Positions 55,601 to 64,000 of a stretch of DNA of 64,000 bases are shown one piece after another. Source of the DNA: Eledone cirrhosa. Taxonomy: Eukaryota. The notes beneath the pieces were generated by a model. That model searched no databases, was not told the origin of the DNA, and saw nothing but the letters and a program-made list of their open reading frames with translations. Both the position numbers and the translations under genes were made by a program. Within the stretch, counting starts at the first letter, position 1, and every line of letters begins with the position of its first letter. The stretch lies in assembly GCA_964016885.1 (NCBI GenBank), contig OZ024740.1, positions 318,618,001 through 318,682,000 of the forward strand. Direction: 5' to 3'.

Positions 55601-58600
55601 CTATCTGACATTCTAACGACTCTACCAATTTGAAGTCTTTCTACTACAATACTAACAACAAATAATCTGGCATTGTCTCGTCTATTTCCACAACTTACAT
55701 TCTATCTGACATTCTAACGACTCTACCAATTCGAAGTTTTTCTACTACAATACTCCCAACAAATAATCAAGGATTGTATCGTCTATTTCCACAACTTACA
55801 TTCTATCTGACATTCTAACGACTCTACCAATTCGCTGTATTTCTACTACAATACTAACTTCAAATAATCCAGGATTGTCTCCTCTATTTCCACAACTTAC
55901 ATTCTATCTTACATTCTAACGAATCTACCAACTCGCTGTATTTCTACTACAATACTCACAACAAATAAACCAGGATTGTCTCGTCTATTTCCACAACTTA
56001 CATTCTATCTGACATACTAACGACTCTACCAATTCGAAGTCTTTGTACTACAATACTAACTTTAAACAATCCAGGATTGTTTCCTCTATTTCCACAACTT
56101 ACATTCTATCTGACATTCTAACGACTCTACGAATTCGCTGTATTTCTACTACAATACTAACTTCAAATAATCCAGGATTGTATCGGCTATTTCCACAACT
56201 TACATCCTATCTGACATTCTAACGACTCTACCAATTCGCTGTCTTTCTACTACAATAATAACAACAAATAATCTAGGATTGTCTCGTCTATTTCCACAAC
56301 TTACATTCTATCTGATATTCGAACGACTCTACCAATTCGAAGTCTTTCTACTACAATACTAACAACAAATAATCTAGGATTGTCTCGTCTATTTCCACAA
56401 CTTACATTCTATCTGACATTCTAACGACTCTAACAATTTGAAGTCTTTCTACTACAATACTCACAACAAATAATCCAGGATTGTCTCGTCTATCTCCAGA
56501 CTTTACATTCTATCTGACATTCTAACGACTTTACCAATTCGAAGTCTTTCTGCTACAATACTCACAACAAATAATCCAGGATCGTCTCGTCTATTTCCAC
56601 AACTCACATTCTATCTGACATTCTAACGACTCTATCAATTCGAAGTCTTTCTACTACAATACTAACGTCAAATAATCCAGGATTGTTTCGTCTATTTCCA
56701 CAACTTACATTATATCTCACATTCTAACGTCTCTACCAATTCGCTGAATTTCTACTACAATACTCTCAACAAATTAACCAGGATTGTCTCGCCTATTTCC
56801 ACAACTTACATTCTATCTGACATACTAACGACTCTACCAATTCGAAGTCTTTCTACTACAATACTAACTTTAAACAATCCAGCATTGTCTCCTCTATTTC
56901 CACAACTTACATTCCATCTGACATTCGAACGACTCTACCAATTCGAAGTCTTTCTACTACAATACTCACAACAAATAATCCAGGATTGTATCGTCTATTT
57001 CTACAACTTACATTCTATCTGACATTCTAACGACTCTACCAATTCGAAGTCTTTCTGCTACAATACTCACAACAAATAATCCAGGATTGCCTCGTTTATT
57101 TCCACGCGTTACATTCTCTCTGACATTCTAACGACTCTACCAATTCGATGTGTTTCTACTACAATACTCACAACAAATAATCCAGGATTGTCTCGTCTAT
57201 CTCCAGACCTTACATTCTATCTGACATTCTAACGACTCTACCAGTTCGCTGTATTTCTACTACAATACTAACTTCAAATAATCCAGGATTGTCTCGTCTA
57301 TTCGCACAACTTACATTCTATCTGACATTCTAACGACTCTACCAATTCGATGTGTTTCTACTACAATACTCACAACAAATAATCCAGGATTGTCTCGTCT
57401 ATCTCCAGACCTTACATTCTATCTGACATTCTAACGACTCTACCAGTTCGCTGTATTTCTACTACAATACTAACTTCAAATAATCCAGGATTGTCTCGTC
57501 TATTTCCACAACTTACATTCTATCTGACATTCAAACGACTCTACCAATTCGAAGTCTTTCTACTACAATACTAACGTCAAATAATCCAGGATTGTCTCCT
57601 CTATTTCCACAACTTACATTCCATCTGACATTCTAACGACTCTACCAATTCGATGTCTTTCTACTACAATACTCACAACAAATAATCCAGCATTGTCTCG
57701 TCTATTTCCACAACTCACATTCTATCTGACATTCTAACGACTCTACCAATTCGAAGTCTTTCTACTACAATACTAACGTCAAACAATCCAGGATCGTCTC
57801 GTCTATTTCCACAACTTACATTCTATCTGACATTCTAACGTCTCTACCAATTCGTAGTCTTTCTACTACAATACTAACAACAAATAATCTAGGATTGTCT
57901 CATCTATCTCAACAACTTACATTTTCTCTGACATTCTAACGACTCTACCAATTCGAAGTCTTTCTACTACAATACTAACTTTAAACTATCCAGGATTGTC
58001 TCCTCTATTTCCACAACTTACATTCTATCTGACATTCTAACGACTCTACCAATTCGCTGTATTTCTACTACAATACTAACTTCAAATAATCCAGGATTGT
58101 CTCGTCTATTTCCACAACATACATTCTATCTGATATTCGAACGACTCTACCAATTCGAAGTCTTTCTACTACAATACTAACAACAAATAATCTAGGATTG
58201 TCTCGTCTATTTCCACAACTTACATTCTATCTGACATTCTAACGACTCTAACAATTTGAAGTCTTTCTACTACAATACTCACAGCAAATAATCCAGGATT
58301 GTCTCATCTATTTCCACAACTTACATTGTATCTGACATTCTAACGACTCTACCAATTCGATGTGTTTCTACTACAATACTCACAACAAATAATCCAGGAT
58401 TATCTCGTCTATCTCCAGACCTTACATTCTATCTGACATTCTAACGACTCTACCAGTTCGCTGTATTTCTACTACAATACTAACTTCAAATAATCCAGGA
58501 TTGTCTCGTCTATTTCCACAACTTACATTCTATCCGACATTCAAACGACTCTACCAATTCGAAGTCTTTCTACTACAATACTAACGTCAAATAATCCAGG

Positions 58601-61600
58601 ATTGTCTCCTCTATTTCCACAACTTACATTCCATCTGACATTCTAACGACTCTACCAATTCGATGTCTTTCTACTACAATACTCACAACAAATAATCCAG
58701 GATTGTATCGTCTATTTCTACAACTTACATTCTATCTGACATACTAACGACTTTACCAATTCGAAGTCTCTCTGCTACAATACTCACAACAAATAATTCA
58801 GGATTGTCTCTTCTATTTCCACAACTCACATTCTATCTGACATTCTAACGACTCTATCAATTCGAAGTCTTTCTACTACAATACTAACGTCAAATAATCC
58901 AGGATTGTCTCGTCTATTTCCACAACTTACATTCTATCTCACATTCTAACGTGTCTACCAATTCGCTGAATTTCTACTACAATACTCTCAACAAATTAAC
59001 CAGGATTGTCTCGCCTATTTCCACAACTTACGTTCTATCTGACATACTAACGACTCTACCAATTCGAAGTCTTTCTACTACAATACTAACTTTAAACAAT
59101 CCAGGATTGTCTCCTCTATTTCCACAACTTACATTCTATCTGACATTCTAACGAATCTACCAATTCGAAGTCTTTCTACTACAATACTAACGTCAAATAA
59201 TCCAGGATTGTCTCCTCTATTTCCACAACTTACATTCCATCTGACATTCTAACGACTCTACCAATTCGATGTGTTTCTACTACAATACTCACAACTAAAT
59301 AATCCAGGATTGTCTCGTCTATCTCCAGACCTTACATTCTATCTGACATTCTAACGACTCTACCAGTTCGCTGTATTTCTACTACAATACTAACTTCAAA
59401 TAATCCAGGATTGTCTCGTCTATTTCCACAACTTACATTCTATCTGACGTTCTAACGACTCTACCCATTCGCTGAATTTCTACTACAATACTCTCAACAA
59501 ATTAACCAGGATTGTCTCGTCTATTTCCACAACTTACATACTATCTGACATACTAACGACTCTACCAATTTGAAGTCTTCTACTACAATACTAACAACAA
59601 ATAATCTGGGATTGTCTCGTCTATTTCCACAACTTACATTCTATCTGACATTCTAACGACTCTACCAATTCGAAATCTTTCTACTACAATACTCACAACA
59701 AACAATCCAGGATTGTCTCGTCTATTTCTATAACTTACATTCCATGTGACATTCAAACGACTCTATCAATTCGAAGTCTTTCTACAACAATACTAACGTA
59801 AAATAATCCAGGATTGTCTCGTCCATTTCCACAACTTACATTCTATCTGACATTCTAACGACTCTACCAATTCGAAGTCTTTCTACTACAATACTAACTT
59901 TAAATAATCCAGGATTGTCTCGTCTATCTCCAGACCTTACATTCTATCTGACATTCTAACGACTCTACCCATTCGCTGTATTTCTACTACAATACTAACT
60001 TCAAATAATCCAGGATTGTCTCGTCTACTTCCACAACTTACATTCTATCTGATATTCTAACGACACTACCAATTCGAAGTCTTTCTACTACAATACTCAC
60101 AACAAATAATCCAGGATTGTCTCGTCTATTTCCACAACTTACATTCTATCTGGCATTCTAATGACTCTATCAATTCGCTGTCTTTCTACTACAATACTCA
60201 CAACAAATAATCCATATTGTCTCGTCTATTTCCACAACTTACATTCTATCTGACATTCAAACGACTCTATCAATTCGAAGTCTTTCTACTACAATACTAA
60301 CGTCAAATAATCCAGGATTGTCTCGTCTATTTCCACAACTTACTTTCTATCTGACATTCTAACGACTCTACCAATTCGAAGTCTTTCTACTACAATACTC
60401 ACAACAAATATTCCAGGATTGTCTCGTCTATTTCCACAACATACATTCTATCTGACATTCTAACGACTCTACCAATTCGAAGTCTTTCTACTACAATACT
60501 AACTTTAAATAATCCTGGATTGTCTCCTCTATTTCTACAACTTACATATTATCTGAAATTCTAACGACTCTACAATTCGATGTCTTTCTACTTCAATACT
60601 CACAACAAATAATCCAGGATTGTATAGTCTATTTCTACAACTTACATTCTATCTGACATTCTAACGACTCTACCAATTCGAAGTCTTTCTGCTACAATAC
60701 TCACAACAAATTATCTAGGATTGTCTCGTCTATTTCCACACCTTACATTCTATCTGACATTCTAACGACTCTACCTATTCGCTGTATTTCTACTACAATA
60801 CTCACAACAAATAATCCAGCATTGTCTCGTCTATTTCCACAACTCACATTCTATCTGACATTCTAAAGACTCTATCAATTCGAAGTTTTTCTACTACAAT
60901 ACTAACAACAAATAATCTAGGATTGTCTCATCTATCTCCACAACTTACATTTTCTCTGACATTCTAACGACTCTACCAATTCGAAGTCTTTCTACTACAA
61001 TACTCACAACAAATAATCCAGGATTGTCTCGTCTATTTCCACAACTTACATTCTATCTGACATTCTAACGACTCTACCAATTTGAAGTCTTTCTACTACA
61101 ATACTAACAACAAATAATCTGGCATTGTCTCGTCTATTTCCACAACTTACATTCTATCTGACATTCTAACGACTCTACCAATTCGAAGTTTTTCTACTAC
61201 AATACTCCCAACAAATAATCAAGGATTGTATCGTCTATTTCCACAACTTACATTCTATCTGACGTTCAAACGACTCTACCAATTCGAAGTCTTTCTACTA
61301 CAATACTAACGTCAAATAATCCCGGATTGTCTCCTCTATTTCCACAACTTACATTCCATCTGACATTCTAACGACTCTACCAATTCGATGTCTTTCTACT
61401 ACAATACTCACAACAAATAATCCAGGATTGTATCGTCTATTTCTACAACTTACATTCTATCTGACATTCTAACGACTCTACCAATTCGAAGTCTTTCTGC
61501 TACAATACTCACAACAAATAATCCAGGATTGTCTCGTCTATTTCCACACCTCACATTCTATCTGACATTCTAACGACTCTATCAATTCGAAGTCTTTCTA

Positions 61601-63396
61601 CTACAATACTAACGTCAAATAATCCAGGATCGTATCGTCTATTTCCACAACTTACATTCTATTTGACATTCTAACGACTCTACCAATTCGCTGTATTTCT
61701 ACTACAATACTAACTTCAAATAATCCAGGATTGTCTCGTCTATTTCCACAACTTACATTCTATCTGATATTCTAACGACTCTACCAATTCGAAGTCTTTC
61801 TACTACAATACTCACAACAAATAATCCAGGATTGTCTCGTCTATTTCAACAACTTACATTCTATCTCACATTCTAACGTGTCTACCAATTCGCTGAATTT
61901 CTACTACAATACTCTCAACAAATTAACCAGGATTGTCTCGTCTATTTCCACAACTTACATTCTATCTGACATACTAACGACTCTACCAATTCGAAGTCTT
62001 TCTACTACAATACTAACTTTAAACAATCCAGGATTGTCTCCTCTATTTCCACAACTTACATTCTATCTGACATTCTAACGACTCTACCAATTCGCTGTAT
62101 TTCTACTACAATACTAACTTCAAATAATCCAGGATTGTATCGGCTATTTCCACAACTTACATCCTATCTGACATTCTAACGACTCTATCAATTCGAAGTC
62201 TTTCTACTACAATACTAACGTCAAACAATCCAGAATCGTCTCGTCTATTTCCACAACTTACATTCTATCTGACATTCTAACGACTCTACCAATTCGAAGT
62301 TTTTCTACTACAATACTAACAACAAATAATCTAGGATTGTCTCATCTATCTCCACAACTTACATTTTCTCTGACATTCTAACGACTCTACCAATTCGAAG
62401 TCTTTCTACTACAATACTCACAACAAATAGTCCAGGATTGTCTCGTCTATTTCCACAACTTACATTCTATCTGACATTCTAACGACTCTACCAATTTGAA
62501 GTCTTTCTACTACAATACTAACAACAAATAATCTGGCATTGTCTCGTCTATTTCCACAACTTACATTCTATCTGACATTCTAACGACTCTACCAATTCGA
62601 AGTTTTTCTACTACAATACTCCCAACAAATAATCAAGGATTGTATCGTCTATTTCCACAACTTACATTCTATCTGACATTCTAACGACTCTACCAATTCG
62701 CTGTATTTCTACTACAATACTAACTTCAAATAATCCAGGATTGTCTCCTCTATTTCCACAACTTACATTCTATCTTACATTCTAACGAATCTACCAACTC
62801 GCTGTATTTCTACTACAATACTCACAACAAATAAACCAGGATTGTCTCGTCTATTTCCACAACTTACATTCTATCTGACATACTAACGACTCTACCAATT
62901 CGAAGTCTTTGTACTACAATACTAACTTTAAACAATCCAGGATTGTTTCCTCTATTTCCACAACTTACATTCTATCTGACATTCTAACGACTCTACGAAT
63001 TCGCTGTATTTCTACTACAATACTAACTTCAAATAATCCAGGATTGTATCGGCTATTTCCACAACTTACATCCTATCTGACATTCTAACGACTCTACCAA
63101 TTCGCTGTCTTTCTACTACAATAATAACAACAAATAATCTAGGATTGTCTCGTCTATTTCCACAACTTACATTCTATCTGATATTCGAACGACTCTACCA
63201 ATTCGAAGTCTTTCTACTACAATACTAACAACAAATAATCTAGGATTGTCTCGTCTATTTCCACAACTTACATTCTATCTGACATTCTAACGACTCTAAC
63301 AATTTGAAGTCTTTCTACTACAATACTCACAACAAATAATCCAGGATTGTCTCGTCTATCTCCAGACTTTACATTCTATCTGACATTCTAACGACT
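49637..63396. repeat. Near-identical tandem duplication of a 6866-bp (68-monomer) block: ~49637-56502 and ~56503-63368
   Basis: Offset 6866 holds for GACTTTACC (49661/56527), ORFs 52085/58951 and 55012/61878, and TCCAGACTTT (56495/63361). Private indels are shared. One difference seen, C53850 versus T60716. Confidence 0.94.
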
Positions 63397-64000
63397 CTAC
63401 CAGTTCGCTGTATTTCTACTACAATACTAACTTCAAATAATCCAGGATTGTCTCGTCTATTTCCACAACTTACATTCTATCTGACGTTCAAACGACTCTA
63501 CCAATTCGAAGTCTTTCTACTACAATACTAACGTCAAATAATCCCGGATTGTCTCCTCTATTTCCACAACTTACATTCCATCTGACATTCTAACGACTCT
63601 ACCAATTCGATGTCTTTCTACTACAATACTCATAACAAATAATCCAGGATTGTATCGTCTATTTCTACAACTTACATTCTATCTGACTTTCTAACGACTC
63701 TACCAATTCGAAGTCTTTCTGCTACAATACTCACAACAAATAATCCAGGATTGTCTCGTCTATTTCCACACCTCACATTCTATCTGACATTCTAACGACT
63801 CTATCAATTCGAAGTCTTTCTACTACAATACTAACGTCAAATAATCCAGGATCGTATCGTCTATTTCCACAACTTACATTCTATTTGACATTCTAACGAC
63901 TCTACCAATTCGCTGTATTTCTACTACAATACTAACTTCAAATAATCCAGGATTGTCTCGTCTATTTCCACAACTTATATTCTATCTGATATTCTAACGA

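Larger units (their letters stand above)
1..64000. repeat. Tandem satellite DNA array, 101-bp monomer, about 634 copies, head-to-tail, running off both window ends
   Basis: TTTCTACTACAATACT recurs every 101 bp (occasionally 100 or 102) from base 1 to the end. Monomers differ from the consensus at only a few positions. No reverse-orientation copies or non-satellite sequence were seen. Confidence 0.99.

Noticed and set aside
2522-62078. Fourteen 61-81 aa ORFs on the + strand
   Set aside because: All are translations of 2-2.4 satellite monomers. Because 101 is not a multiple of 3, the frame cycles and soon meets a stop, and ORFs appear only where a variant makes a start (mostly GTG, one TTG, one ATG) or removes a TAA. 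They recur exactly at duplication offsets and have no independent gene context.
1-64000. CRISPR-like array (conserved boxes alternating with variable slots)
   Set aside because: The variable slots are 5-6 bp alleles reused many times, not unique 25-45 bp spacers. The entire 101 bp is repeated, and there is no leader or cas gene.
1-64000. Telomeric repeats, CENP-B box, G-quadruplex or i-motif
   Set aside because: I saw no tandem TTAGG/TTAGGG/TTTAGGG, no match to the CENP-B box TTCG....A..CGGG, and no clustered G3 or C3 runs on either strand.
1-64000. Tandem RNA-gene array (5S rRNA, tRNA, spliced leader, snRNA)
   Set aside because: The unit is 101 bp with only 8 G on one strand, which limits base pairing. 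I recognised no cloverleaf, Pol III A/B/C boxes or known RNA motif, and there is no gene-plus-spacer organisation. An Rfam/Infernal search would be the formal test.
1-64000. Rolling-circle or concatemer sequencing artefact of a single small circle
   Set aside because: Variants are shared in ordered, nested blocks at many different periods, which is unlike random errors on one template.

Overview
The whole 64 kb window is one uninterrupted, single-orientation tandem satellite array of about 634 copies of a 101-bp monomer. Consensus read by eye: TTTCTACTACAATACTCACAACAAATAATCCAGGATTGTCTCGTCTATTTCCACAACTTACATTCTATCTGACATTCTAACGACTCTACCAATTCGAAGTC (33 T, 32 A, 28 C, 8 G; about 36% GC). I see no unique sequence, transposon insertion, inversion, RNA gene, CRISPR array or credible CDS, and all 14 listed ORFs are by-products of satellite variants. 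The information lies in the variants. A limited set of recurring monomer types forms nested higher-order repeats of shifting period (2, 4, 5, 16, 21, 22/23, 31, 32, 38, 48, 50 and 68 monomers), several of them near-identical with mappable crossover points. A change in variant content near 47-49 kb divides the array into two sub-lineages. Several recurrent variants perfect quasi-palindromes in the monomer. The architecture resembles eukaryotic (peri)centromeric satellite, but I do not recognise the family or organism, and centromere function is only an inference. I found no evidence for a new gene-based system. Offsets were derived by hand from diagnostic markers, so boundaries are approximate.
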